DNA from: a virus
Taxonomy: Duplodnaviria; Heunggongvirae; Uroviricota; Caudoviricetes
DNA: 43,950 nt
IMG/VR virus record: IMGVR_UViG_2778261535_000013
Location: 1 to 43,950 of that record
Strand: one strand, 5' to 3'
The translations under genes were made by a program, and so were the position numbers. The notes under the pieces were generated by a model. The model was not told the DNA's origin. It did not search any database and saw only the letters and a program-made list of their open reading frames with translations. Below are positions 35,810 through 43,950 of the stretch, piece after piece; the first letter of the stretch is position 1, and each line of letters starts with the position of its first letter.

Positions 35810-36235
35810 TCAATGTACTGCCACAGCATTTCCTGCCGGGCCACCACGGTTCATCTGATTGAAACCGGCGATTGCCACTGCGACAAAATCATCAGCGTCT
35901 CTCACCAGTCGCTCCCGCGTCTCCACCAGCTCCCGAAAATAAGCTGAACTGTGGCTGCGCATTCTGGCCACCAGCAAAGGTGGCATTGCCTTTTCGATCG
36001 CTGGTAACAACGCCTGAATTTTTTCAACTGCATCAGGGGTGTCTTTCTCTACCCAGCGGAAAATTTTCTGGGTATTGCGAGCCAGGGCTTCCGGATGGCT
36101 GTCGTCATACAGTTCTGGGAACGTCATACCCAGTTCAAAATAAGCCCTGGTTATTTCAGCTGCCGGAACTTTTTCACCGTCCGGATGCGCCCAGGCATTC
36201 ATCGCCATGCGGATGTGTTCATGCTTGATTTTCAT
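35810..36235 (-). CDS. YdaT-like protein (CII-like position)
   Basis: 141 aa beginning MKIKHEH…; follows the Cro-like gene as ydaT follows ydaS in Rac-type prophages (from memory). Confidence 0.5.
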   Translation of the reverse strand: MKIKHEHIRMAMNAWAHPDGEKVPAAEITRAYFELGMTFPELYDDSHPEALARNTQKIFRWVEKDTPDAVEKIQALLPAIEKAMPPLLVARMRSHSSAYFRELVETRERLVRDADDFVAVAIAGFNQMNRGGPAGNAVAVH

Positions 36236-36500
36236 GAATCAAGCTCCTAGAAAGTGGTTGTGTTAACGTTTTGGTATCTTCCAGCTCGGGCCAAATATTC
36301 ATCCAATCAAAAGGCCTTAGTTGCTGACGTGTAACTTCACCATTACTGGCTCGCTCAATAAGGACACATAACGATGCCCCTAACACTTGACCTTTACTCA
36401 ATGCCTTTCTTAGATAACCGATGCTGGTACCACACTCGCATGCAAACATACGCTGTTCATCTGACGAAAGAGAATTGAGAAATATTCTTAATTCTTCCAT
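36219..36500 (-). CDS. Cro/YdaS-like HTH regulator
   Basis: 93 aa; …CECGTSIGYLRKALSKGQ… HTH-like; divergent from the repressor gene. Confidence 0.55.
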   Translation of the reverse strand: MEELRIFLNSLSSDEQRMFACECGTSIGYLRKALSKGQVLGASLCVLIERASNGEVTRQQLRPFDWMNIWPELEDTKTLTQPLSRSLIHENQA

Positions 36501-36600
36501 AGCTACTCCTTAGTAAACACAGTAAAGAATACCCACAGGTAAACAAAAGTCAATACCCACAGGTTGTTTACCTTGCGGTAATCGCATCTATTATTTACCT
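36501..36600. promoter_or_regulatory. divergent promoter/operator region between Cro-like and repressor genes
   Basis: two direct copies of AATACCCACAGG (36528-36539, 36552-36563) with flanking inverted GGTAAACAA / TTGTTTACC. Confidence 0.5.
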
Positions 36601-37020
36601 ATGGACAAATATGAATTTAGACGACAGCAACTCATCAAAATTCGTGATGAGAAATGCGATGGTAAAGCGGTTAACGTGGCCAGAAAGATCGGGCGCGAGC
36701 CTTCTTATGTATCAAGAATGTTGTACCCAGAGGGGAAAAAGGGAAAAAAACGGATCGCTGATGATATGGTGGAGATTATCGAAGAGTCCTTTGGGTTACC
36801 CCGGGGATGGATGGATGGTATCGTTTCATCATCAACGAACACAGCCTCCAGTTATGAAACAAGGGTTCTAACGCCACGACAACGTATTTTTTTAGATCTC
36901 TTAGACGAACTGCCAGAAAGTGAAGCGGATAACTTATTAAAAACTCTTGAAGAGAAAAAACAGTATTACAATATGATCTACGAAGAAATCCGTAAAAAGA
37001 AAGCACAAAACGCATCATAG
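36601..37020 (+). CDS. prophage repressor (DicA/RacR-like HTH protein, no peptidase domain)
   Basis: 139 aa; HTH …VARKIGREPSYVSRM…; C-terminal …LTPRQRIFLDLLDELPESEAD… resembles DicA-type repressors (from memory). Confidence 0.55.
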   Translation: MDKYEFRRQQLIKIRDEKCDGKAVNVARKIGREPSYVSRMLYPEGKKGKKRIADDMVEIIEESFGLPRGWMDGIVSSSTNTASSYETRVLTPRQRIFLDLLDELPESEADNLLKTLEEKKQYYNMIYEEIRKKKAQNAS

Positions 37021-37062
37021 CTCACCAAACAACTAGTCACCAGTTAAGACACCGCAAAAAGT

Positions 37063-37099
37063 TACCCATGGGTATTTACTTTTTAAATACCTATGGGTA
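37063..37099. promoter_or_regulatory. second operator-like cluster downstream of the repressor gene (palindromes TACCCATGGGTA and TACCTATGGGTA)
   Basis: direct reading; shares the TACCCA half-site with the 36528-36563 repeats. Confidence 0.35.
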
Positions 37100-37285
37100 T
37101 CCTTCTTTTCATACCAACCCACCCCGCCCCACAGAATGCAGGGCAATACTTCGAGTTACCAGGCAGTGGTCAGGGGTTAAGTAGCCAGCCCGAGGCGTAA
37201 GAACATGACGGCAGGGTTCAACTTTAATAACTATGCAGCAGGTTTTTGTTCCGCTACCCCGGCGTTAAGGGGAAATGAGGTCAAC

Positions 37286-37441
37286 ATGGATACTATCGAT
37301 CTTGGCAACAACGAATCTCTGGTGTACGGCGTGTTTCCCAACCAGGACGGCACATTCACCGCGATGACGTATACCAAAAGCAAAACGTTTAAAACCGAAA
37401 ATGGTGCCCGTCGCTGGCTGGAAAGAAACTCAGGTGAGTGA
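37286..37441 (+). CDS. YdfA-like small protein
   Basis: 51 aa from MDTIDLGNNESLVYGVFPNQDG…; first gene of the rightward early operon. Confidence 0.45.
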   Translation: MDTIDLGNNESLVYGVFPNQDGTFTAMTYTKSKTFKTENGARRWLERNSGE

Positions 37442-37572
37442 TATGGATTTCGACACAATCATGGAAAAGGCTTACGAAGAATACTTCGAAGGTCTTGCCG
37501 AAGGCGAAGAAGCTCTCAGCTTCAACGAATTTAAACAGGCGCTTTCCAGTTCGGCAAAATCTAACGGCTGAT
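37441..37572 (+). CDS. YdfB-like small acidic protein (43 aa)
   Basis: ATG overlapping the previous stop (TGATATGG); MDFDTIMEKAYEEYFEGLAEGEEALSFNEFKQALSSSAKSNG. Confidence 0.35.
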
Positions 37573-37600
37573 AAGCGAAGCAGCACCGCGAGGAATCAGT

Positions 37601-37819
37601 ATGCAGAAACGAGAACCCGTCATCATCGCGCCAGACTATACCGATGATGAACTTTATGAGTGGATGCGCCAGAAAATTAATGCAGCGCAGGATCTGAAAT
37701 GGGCCAATGAAGCCAGGGCTAAGCAGGCTGAAAATCTGTCCGCTCTGGAGCAGGATATCACCAATCTGGAAAAAGCAGCGGCATTAAGCATTGCCAGAAT
37801 GATTACATACCCACGTTAA
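37601..37819 (+). CDS. YdfC-like protein
   Basis: 72 aa ORF with coiled-coil-like sequence. Confidence 0.45.
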   Translation: MQKREPVIIAPDYTDDELYEWMRQKINAAQDLKWANEARAKQAENLSALEQDITNLEKAAALSIARMITYPR

Positions 37820-37841
37820 TAGCTAACCAACGAGGCTAATA

Positions 37842-38249
37842 ATGGAATTTAAAGATTTACCAAAAGAAATCCAGACAATTGCTGCAACGACTCTCGGTGA
37901 TAGTCTGGTGAAAATTGACCCGGCATACACCAAAAAAGAAACCATCGATAATATGGTTCGTAATGTGCGCAATGCTTTTTCTGGGCTATATGGTTCTGAT
38001 AATCAAAAGCAGGAAAGCGATGTTAATGAACGGGTAATTTCTGTTTGCGTGAATGGCCATGTTCTTTCATCAATCAAAACAGAAACAGCGACAGTCTTCG
38101 ATTGCCTTTGCATTGTACAGAGCCTTGTTGATGCCCTGTTTCGTTCAGTGAATTTAGAAAATGATGCAAATCTGCGAGGGCGCACAATAGCACATCCATA
38201 TGCACATACTTTAGGCTCTGTGGATATCAAAGATCCCACAAATCTTTAA
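37842..38249 (+). CDS. hypothetical protein in AT-rich block
   Basis: 135 aa ORF with AGGCTAATAATGG start context; AT-rich relative to flanks. Confidence 0.4.
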   Translation: MEFKDLPKEIQTIAATTLGDSLVKIDPAYTKKETIDNMVRNVRNAFSGLYGSDNQKQESDVNERVISVCVNGHVLSSIKTETATVFDCLCIVQSLVDALFRSVNLENDANLRGRTIAHPYAHTLGSVDIKDPTNL

Positions 38250-38460
38250 TGAAATAGTTAACGCGAATTGTACTTGCTCTTTCAGTTGCTTTCAGAATAC
38301 GCGTTGAAACTGCTGGCGGTAATTTGGTATTCCATTTATTAAAATCATGCCCGGGGAAGTACTCTTCGAAAATACTTTTAACTGCAGACTCGCCTATTGA
38401 AATGCTGCTTACCATGCGATTTTGATAAAGGCATTTAGCAATAAGAGTTGATTTTAACAT
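38227..38460 (-). CDS. hypothetical protein in AT-rich block, convergent with previous gene
   Basis: 77 aa ORF; its 3' end overlaps the 3' end of the plus-strand 135-aa ORF. Confidence 0.35.
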   Translation of the reverse strand: MLKSTLIAKCLYQNRMVSSISIGESAVKSIFEEYFPGHDFNKWNTKLPPAVSTRILKATERASTIRVNYFIKDLWDL

Positions 38461-38793
38461 TCACCCTCCTGAGGGTTGGTAATTAAGGAGTTCTCCACGG
38501 GTGAGGTGGAGTGCGTGCGCCGGACACGGGTGAGCATCCGGCACTGACAGTTTACTGAAAGGATATTTCCATGAAAAGTCAGACCATAACGCGAAAGCGC
38601 ACGGCGAGGTAGCTGGTTCATAGATAGCCTGTCGTTAAATTTTCGTCGACCGTGCGCTTCCGGTTGTGGCACTCCGCGAAATGGCGCGGCGGTAAGTATG
38701 GCGGGGTTATTCCTTCCCCGTTGAGGACACCGGGTTGTCAGGTTGACCATACGCTTAAGTGACAACCCCGCTGCAACGCCCTCTGTTATCAAT

Positions 38794-38846
38794 TTTCTGG
38801 TGACGTTTGGCGGTATCAGTTTTACTCCGTGACTGCTCTGCCGCCC
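38794..38846 (+). ncRNA. dicF: DicF small RNA
   Basis: TTTCTGGTGACGTTTGGCGGTATCAGTTTTACTCCGTGACTGCTCTGCCGCCC followed by TTTTT matches the DicF sRNA sequence as recalled; lies immediately upstream of dicB as in Qin. Confidence 0.7.
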
Positions 38847-39020
38847 TTTTTAAAGTGAATTTTGTGATGCGGTGAATGCGGCTAAGCGCACGCGGAACAG
38901 TTAAAACCAAAAACAGTGTTATGGGTGGATTCTCTGTATCCGGCGTTAATTGTTAACTGGTTAACGTCACCTGGAGGCACCAGGCACCGCATCACAAAAT
39001 TCATTGTTGAGGACGCGATA

Positions 39021-39209
39021 ATGGAAACGTTATTACCAAACGTTAATACGTCTGAAGGTTGTTTTGAAATTGGTGTCACTATCAGTAACCCTGTATTTAC
39101 TGAAGATGCCATTAACAAGAGAAAACACGAACGGGAGTTATTAAATAAAATATGCATTCTTTCAATGCTGGCCCGTTTACGTCCGATACAAAAAGGATGC
39201 TGGCAATGA
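39021..39209 (+). CDS. dicB: cell division inhibitor DicB
   Basis: 62 aa METLLPNVNTSEGCFEIGVTISNPVFTEDAINKRK…KICILSMLARLR… matches DicB. Confidence 0.85.
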   Translation: METLLPNVNTSEGCFEIGVTISNPVFTEDAINKRKHERELLNKICILSMLARLRPIQKGCWQ

Positions 39210-39397
39210 ATACAGCATTTGCACTTGTTCTGACAGTTTTTCTTGTTTCCGGAGAGCCAGTTGATATTGCAGTCAGTGTTCACAGAACAATGCAGGAATG
39301 TATGGCAGCAGCAACCGAACAGAAAATTCCCGGTAACTGTTACCCGGTCGATAAAGTTATTCACCAGGATAGTAACGAAATCCCGGCAGGTCTTTAA
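39206..39397 (+). CDS. ydfD: YdfD-like protein
   Basis: 63 aa MNTAFALVLTVFLVSGEPVDIAVSVHRTMQECMAAATEQKIPGNCYPVDKVIHQD…; start overlaps the dicB stop. Confidence 0.75.
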   Translation: MNTAFALVLTVFLVSGEPVDIAVSVHRTMQECMAAATEQKIPGNCYPVDKVIHQDSNEIPAGL

Positions 39398-39489
39398 AAC
39401 AGTTCCGTAATAAACATCCGATTTCATTCTTATATGCCAGCAATGGCAGGGATTTGTTCACCATTAAATCTGTAATGAGGTAAAACAAA

Positions 39490-41961
39490 ATGAGTAAAGT
39501 CTTTATTTGCGCCGCCATTCCGGACGAACAGGCAATAAAGGAAGAAGGTGCAGTCGCTGTAGCTACTGCCATTGAAGCCGGTGATGAACGTCGCGCCCGC
39601 GCAAAATTTCACTGGCAATTCCTGGAACATTATCCGGCTGCTCAGGACTGCGCTTATAAATTTCTTGTCTGCGAGGATAAACCCGGTATACCCCGCCCTG
39701 CCCTCGATTCCTGGGATGCTGAATATATGCAGGAAAACCGCTGGGATGAGGAGTCTGCTTCCTTTGTCCCGGTTGAGACTGAATCAGATCCGATGAACGT
39801 CACTTTTGACAAGCTGGCCCCTGAAGTACAGAACGCTGTCATGGTTAAGTTCGACACATGTGAAAACATCACTGTTGATATGGTGATTAGCGCACAGGAA
39901 TTGTTGCAGGAAGACATGGCAACATTCGACGGCCATATCGTTGAAGCGTTGATGAAAATGCCAGAAGTAAACGCCATGTATCCGGAGCTTAAGCTGCATG
40001 CCATCGGGTGGGTTAAGCATAAATGTAAGCCTGGTGCCAAATGGCCCGAAATTCAGGCAGAGATGTGCATCTGGAAAAAACGTCGCGAAGGTGAACGCAA
40101 GGAAACCGGAAAATACACGTCTGTTGTTGATCTCGCCCGCGCCAGACCCAATCAACAGAACACTGAAAATTCAACAGGAAAAATCAACCCGGTCATTGCT
40201 GCCACTCATCGCGAATACAAGCAGACATGGAAAACACTGGATGACGAACTGGCCTACGCTCTCTGGCCTGGTGATGTGGATGCCGGAAACATTGACGGCA
40301 GCATCCATCGCTGGGCAAAAAATGAAGTTATCGACAACGACCGCGAAGACTGGAAGCGTATCTCGGCATCAATGCGCAAACAGCCTGATGCCCTTCGCTA
40401 CGACCGCCAGACTATTTTTGGCCTTGTCCGTGAACGTCCGATCGACATTCACAAAGACCCTGTGGCACTGAACAAATACATTACTGAATACCTGACTACA
40501 AAGGGCGTGTTTGAAGATGAAGGAAGAAATCAGAGCGCAACTGATACTCTCTCGTCGCCAGTACCAGAAACTGATGCAGTGGAAACGGCAATTCCGGACA
40601 ACGAAAAAACCGAATGCAAAGTGGAAGTCGAACCATCTGTAGAGCGTGAGGGGCCGTTCTACTTCCTCTTCACCGACAAGAATGGCGAAAAATACGGTCG
40701 CGCAAACAAACTTTCTGGTCTGGATAAGGCGCTGGCTGCCGGGGCTACTGAAATCACGAAAGAAGAATATTTCGCCCGCAAAAACGGTACATACTCAGGT
40801 TCACAACAAAATACTGGTGCATCTGACACGACCGCACAACCAGAGCCGGTAAAAGTTACCGCTGACGAAGTAAACAAAATTATGCAGGCAGCCAATATCA
40901 GCCAGCCTGACGCCGATGAACTGCTTGCAGTATCACGTGGTGAATTTGTTGCAGGGATTAGCGATCCGAATGATCCGAAATGGGTGAAGGGGATTGAAAC
41001 CCGCGATTCTGTGAACCAGAACCAGCAAGAAACGGAACAGAACGACCAGAAAGCGGAACAAAACAGCCCAAATGCGTTACAAAACGAGCCAGAAACGAAA
41101 CAATCCGAACCAGTAGCGCAACAGGAACCGGAAAAAGTCTGCACCGCCTGCGGTCAGAGCGGTGGCGGCAACTGCCCTGATTGTGGCGCGGTGATGGGCG
41201 ACGCAACATACCAGGAAACATTCGATGAAGAGAATCAGGTTGAAGTTCAGGAAAATGATCCGGAGGAAATGGAAGGCGCTGAACATCCACACAAGGAGAA
41301 CCCTGGCGGCAATCAGCATCACGCCAGCGATAATAAAACTGGCGAGGCGACAGATCCCTTAATTAAGGTGAATGGTCATTATAAGCTCACATCCACCAGC
41401 AGAGCGGGGATTCATCTGATGATCGACCTTGAAACAATGGGAAAAAATCCCGATGCCCCGATTATCTCAATAGGCGCAATATTTTTCGATCCACAAACCG
41501 GAGAGATGGGGCCGGAATTTAGCAAGACCATCGATCTGGATACTGCTGGCGGAGTCATTGATCGTGACGTCATTAAATGGTGGCTGAAGCAATCACGTGA
41601 AGCGCAGTCTGCCATTATGACCGATGAAATCCCGTTAGATGATGCACTACTGCAATTGCGGGAATTTATCGACGAAAACTCCGGTGAATTTTTTGTTCAG
41701 GTCTGGGGTAATGGGGCCAACTTCGACAACGTGATTTTACGCCGTTCATACGAACGACAGGGTATCCCCTGCCCGTGGCGCTACTGCAACGATCGCGATG
41801 TACGCACAATCGTTGAGCTGGGGAAAGCCATAGACTTCGATGCCAGAACTGCTATCCCATTCGAAGGTGAGCGCCATAATGCACTTGATGACGCTCGTTA
41901 CCAGGCAAAATACGTTTCAGCTATCTGGCAAAAACTGATCCCGAGTCAGGCTGATTTTTAA
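39490..41961 (+). CDS. large prophage protein with C-terminal DnaQ-like (DEDDh) 3'-5' exonuclease domain
   Basis: 823 aa; exo motifs …MIDLETMG…, …WGNGANFDNVIL…, …HNALDDARYQ…; central CxxC…CPDC zinc-ribbon-like motif; acidic Gln-rich linker. Confidence 0.6.
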   Translation: MSKVFICAAIPDEQAIKEEGAVAVATAIEAGDERRARAKFHWQFLEHYPAAQDCAYKFLVCEDKPGIPRPALDSWDAEYMQENRWDEESASFVPVETESDPMNVTFDKLAPEVQNAVMVKFDTCENITVDMVISAQELLQEDMATFDGHIVEALMKMPEVNAMYPELKLHAIGWVKHKCKPGAKWPEIQAEMCIWKKRREGERKETGKYTSVVDLARARPNQQNTENSTGKINPVIAATHREYKQTWKTLDDELAYALWPGDVDAGNIDGSIHRWAKNEVIDNDREDWKRISASMRKQPDALRYDRQTIFGLVRERPIDIHKDPVALNKYITEYLTTKGVFEDEGRNQSATDTLSSPVPETDAVETAIPDNEKTECKVEVEPSVEREGPFYFLFTDKNGEKYGRANKLSGLDKALAAGATEITKEEYFARKNGTYSGSQQNTGASDTTAQPEPVKVTADEVNKIMQAANISQPDADELLAVSRGEFVAGISDPNDPKWVKGIETRDSVNQNQQETEQNDQKAEQNSPNALQNEPETKQSEPVAQQEPEKVCTACGQSGGGNCPDCGAVMGDATYQETFDEENQVEVQENDPEEMEGAEHPHKENPGGNQHHASDNKTGEATDPLIKVNGHYKLTSTSRAGIHLMIDLETMGKNPDAPIISIGAIFFDPQTGEMGPEFSKTIDLDTAGGVIDRDVIKWWLKQSREAQSAIMTDEIPLDDALLQLREFIDENSGEFFVQVWGNGANFDNVILRRSYERQGIPCPWRYCNDRDVRTIVELGKAIDFDARTAIPFEGERHNALDDARYQAKYVSAIWQKLIPSQADF

Positions 41962-42013
41962 TGTTCAACTGTCGCCAGTTGTCGTTGGTATTCTGCAACT
42001 GGCGCGTTCCGGA

Positions 42014-42292
42014 GTGATAGCCATGAGCGAACAGTACCTGATAACGCTCGATGAGTGGAAGCCAAAACGGTTCAGTCTCCCAATAACAAACACTACCCTG
42101 GTGAAATACGGAAAACTAGGATACATCGTTCCAAGACCACAAAAAATTCGTGGGCGTTGGCTGATAGATCGCCGGGCAGTATTTGTTGGACCTGGTGAAA
42201 TGGGAATTGCGCCGGAAATTCATACTGGCGATGATGATGCACTGAAGGAGATTTTAACTCATGTCACCGAGGCCACGAAAAAACAGCACTGA
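42014..42292 (+). CDS. xis: excisionase-like protein
   Basis: 92 aa ORF immediately upstream of and overlapping the integrase gene. Confidence 0.5.
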   Translation: MIAMSEQYLITLDEWKPKRFSLPITNTTLVKYGKLGYIVPRPQKIRGRWLIDRRAVFVGPGEMGIAPEIHTGDDDALKEILTHVTEATKKQH

Positions 42293-43379
42293 CGTAACCG
42301 GTCTTTACGAAAAGTTTGATCGCAGAACTGGCAGGGTTTACTACCAGTATAAAAATCCTGTGACTGGAAAATTTCACGGACTCGGAACAGACAAAGGTAA
42401 GGCAGAAAAAATCGCTTCCACAGCCAATCAGCGAATAGCTGCAGCAGAAGCTGAATATTTCATGCGCAAAATTGATGAAAGTCCGTCAGCAACAAAACGT
42501 CGGGGTATCAGATTAAAGGCATGGGTTGATCGATATCTGAAAATACAGGACGCGCGACTGAAAAATGGAGATATTGCAGCTACAACTCACAAAGAAAAAG
42601 CCCGAATGGCTGCATACCTGGTTTCCCGTCTGGGAAACCACCCATTGAAAGAACTGGAAGTAAGAGACTTTGCATTAATACTGGATGAGTGGCTGGATAA
42701 AGACATGGTCAGCACAGCGAGAGTAAATCGTGGATTATGGGTTGATATTTATAAAGAAGCACAGCATGCAGGGGAAGTTCCTCCTGGATGGAATCCTCCG
42801 GAGGCTACCCGTAAACCGATCCCTAAAGTAACCAGAGCCAGACTCACCCTGGAGGACTGGCAAAAAATTTACAATTCAACACCAGAAAAACACTTTATCC
42901 GTAACGCAATGCTTCTTGCGATTGTTACTGGTCAGCGCCGTGATGACATTTGCCACATGCGTTTTTCAGATGTGTGGAACGAACACTTGCATATCACCCA
43001 GGGAAAAACCGGAATGCGTCTGGCGTTACCGCTTACGCTACGCTGTGATGCCATTGGAATATCGCTAAAAGAAGTGATTGATGGATGCAAGGACAGAATA
43101 TTGAGTCCATACCTGATTCATAGTCGGCACCAGAAACAACCAAAACCAATGAGTAAAGATAACCTGAGCGACTACTTTGCTAAAGCGCGGGATCTGGCAG
43201 GAATAACTCCACCAGCAGGAAAAACACCACCAACATTTCATGAACAACGCTCCCTGTCAGAACGACTGTACCGCGCACAGGGTATCGATACAAAAACATT
43301 ACTGGGACATAAAGTCCAAGCAACCACCGATCGTTATAACGATACTCGTGGTCAGGAATGGGTTAAATTGGTTGTTTGA
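42261..43379 (+). CDS. int: tyrosine integrase, lambda Int family
   Basis: 372 aa; C-terminus …HEQRSLSERLYRAQGIDTKTLLGHKVQATTDRYNDTRGQEWVKL parallels the lambda Int C-terminus. Confidence 0.9.
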   Translation: MSPRPRKNSTDVTGLYEKFDRRTGRVYYQYKNPVTGKFHGLGTDKGKAEKIASTANQRIAAAEAEYFMRKIDESPSATKRRGIRLKAWVDRYLKIQDARLKNGDIAATTHKEKARMAAYLVSRLGNHPLKELEVRDFALILDEWLDKDMVSTARVNRGLWVDIYKEAQHAGEVPPGWNPPEATRKPIPKVTRARLTLEDWQKIYNSTPEKHFIRNAMLLAIVTGQRRDDICHMRFSDVWNEHLHITQGKTGMRLALPLTLRCDAIGISLKEVIDGCKDRILSPYLIHSRHQKQPKPMSKDNLSDYFAKARDLAGITPPAGKTPPTFHEQRSLSERLYRAQGIDTKTLLGHKVQATTDRYNDTRGQEWVKLVV

Positions 43380-43451
43380 CGAAATAAATACAGCTGTAAC
43401 GTTGCCAGTAATTAACAACCGATAAAAATGTTGATATTGCTTTACTGATGT

Positions 43452-43479
43452 AAAAACCCCGGCATCAGCCGGGGTTTGG
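43452..43479. terminator. bidirectional intrinsic terminator between int and the convergent gene
   Basis: stem CCCCGGC/GCCGGGG with loop ATCA, flanked by A-run and T-run. Confidence 0.5.
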
Positions 43480-43482
43480 AGA

Positions 43483-43950
43483 CTAATCTTGATCAGGTTC
43501 CTGCTTAGAATAATGTTTTCCAACAATAAATGCCGTAACCAATGCAACAAGATCTATTGAAACGAGAGCTCCAGCAAGAACAGTCTCCCCCATGACACCA
43601 AAGACAGCAGCAACGAAGATAATCAATATCGCCAGCCAAAAAGCCTTTGTTTGACCATCTCTGGCAATATCAATGGTATCAGCCACCGTTTTGTGGCGAT
43701 GAGCCTGCTCCTTTTCAGTCAACTCAACAAGCCTATTTGCAAGCCCTGGCATCAGTTGATCATACTTTTTAAGCATTGATGGCGGAGGAACCGGCCCCTG
43801 AAAATGCTGGCAAACAATAGCTCGTACCTGCGGGCTCTCCAAAACCCTGTTTAAGACTTCTGGATTTTCGATTACTCGAGAAACCAGTTCATTGTCCTTT
43901 TGTTCTTCACAAGTGAGTTTGGTGTTCTCACTTTCTTTTTGATCTGGCAT
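43483..43950 (-). CDS. hypothetical membrane protein (start codon at window end)
   Basis: 155 aa ORF with ATG at 43950-43948 and a hydrophobic C-terminal half; convergent with int. Confidence 0.4.
   Translation of the reverse strand: MPDQKESENTKLTCEEQKDNELVSRVIENPEVLNRVLESPQVRAIVCQHFQGPVPPPSMLKKYDQLMPGLANRLVELTEKEQAHRHKTVADTIDIARDGQTKAFWLAILIIFVAAVFGVMGETVLAGALVSIDLVALVTAFIVGKHYSKQEPDQD

Noticed and set aside
38454-38792. 112-aa minus-strand ORF upstream of DicF
   Set aside because: Lies in the GC-rich structured leader that precedes DicF; Arg/Pro-rich translation without start context; more likely non-coding RNA leader.
43380-43482. Resident prophage attachment site or end immediately downstream of int
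   Set aside because: The position is plausible, but no second repeat copy is available in the window (the other prophage end lies beyond position 1), so no att call can be supported.

Overview
The window is almost entirely one lambdoid prophage of an enterobacterial (E. coli-like) genome, with a second mobile element inserted inside it. No search tools were available, so every call rests on reading the six-frame translations and the DNA by eye. Late genes of the resident prophage are on the minus strand and early genes on the plus strand. From right to left it carries: a lambda-type integrase and excisionase, a large DEDDh-exonuclease protein, a Qin-like dicB/dicF/ydfD cassette, a repressor/Cro switch, an O-like replication gene with internal iterons, a nin-like region (hok-type toxin, RusA, Q-like protein), five tightly packed tRNA genes, a lysis cassette, HNH/TerS/TerL, HK97-type portal/protease/capsid, and tail genes up to a tape measure that runs off the window start. 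The main finding is that the resident terL gene is split in two by a roughly 14.6 kb integrated element (9451-24088) bounded by a 7-bp direct repeat TTGGTAA; rejoining the flanks restores one in-frame terminase. The insert has a P4-type integrase, two AlpA-like regulators, a Bro-N protein, a primase-helicase-like replication gene next to an iteron origin, SSB, a ProQ/FinO-domain protein, and its own capsid and packaging genes (capsid, protease, portal, connector, HNH, TerS, TerL) but no tail genes. This matches the architecture of capsid-forming phage-inducible chromosomal islands (cf-PICIs), here sitting inside the packaging gene of its likely helper. Secondary observations include two AT-rich orphan gene blocks, an unannotated small hydrophobic ORF next to a perfect palindrome beside hok, and two non-canonical tRNA-like genes.
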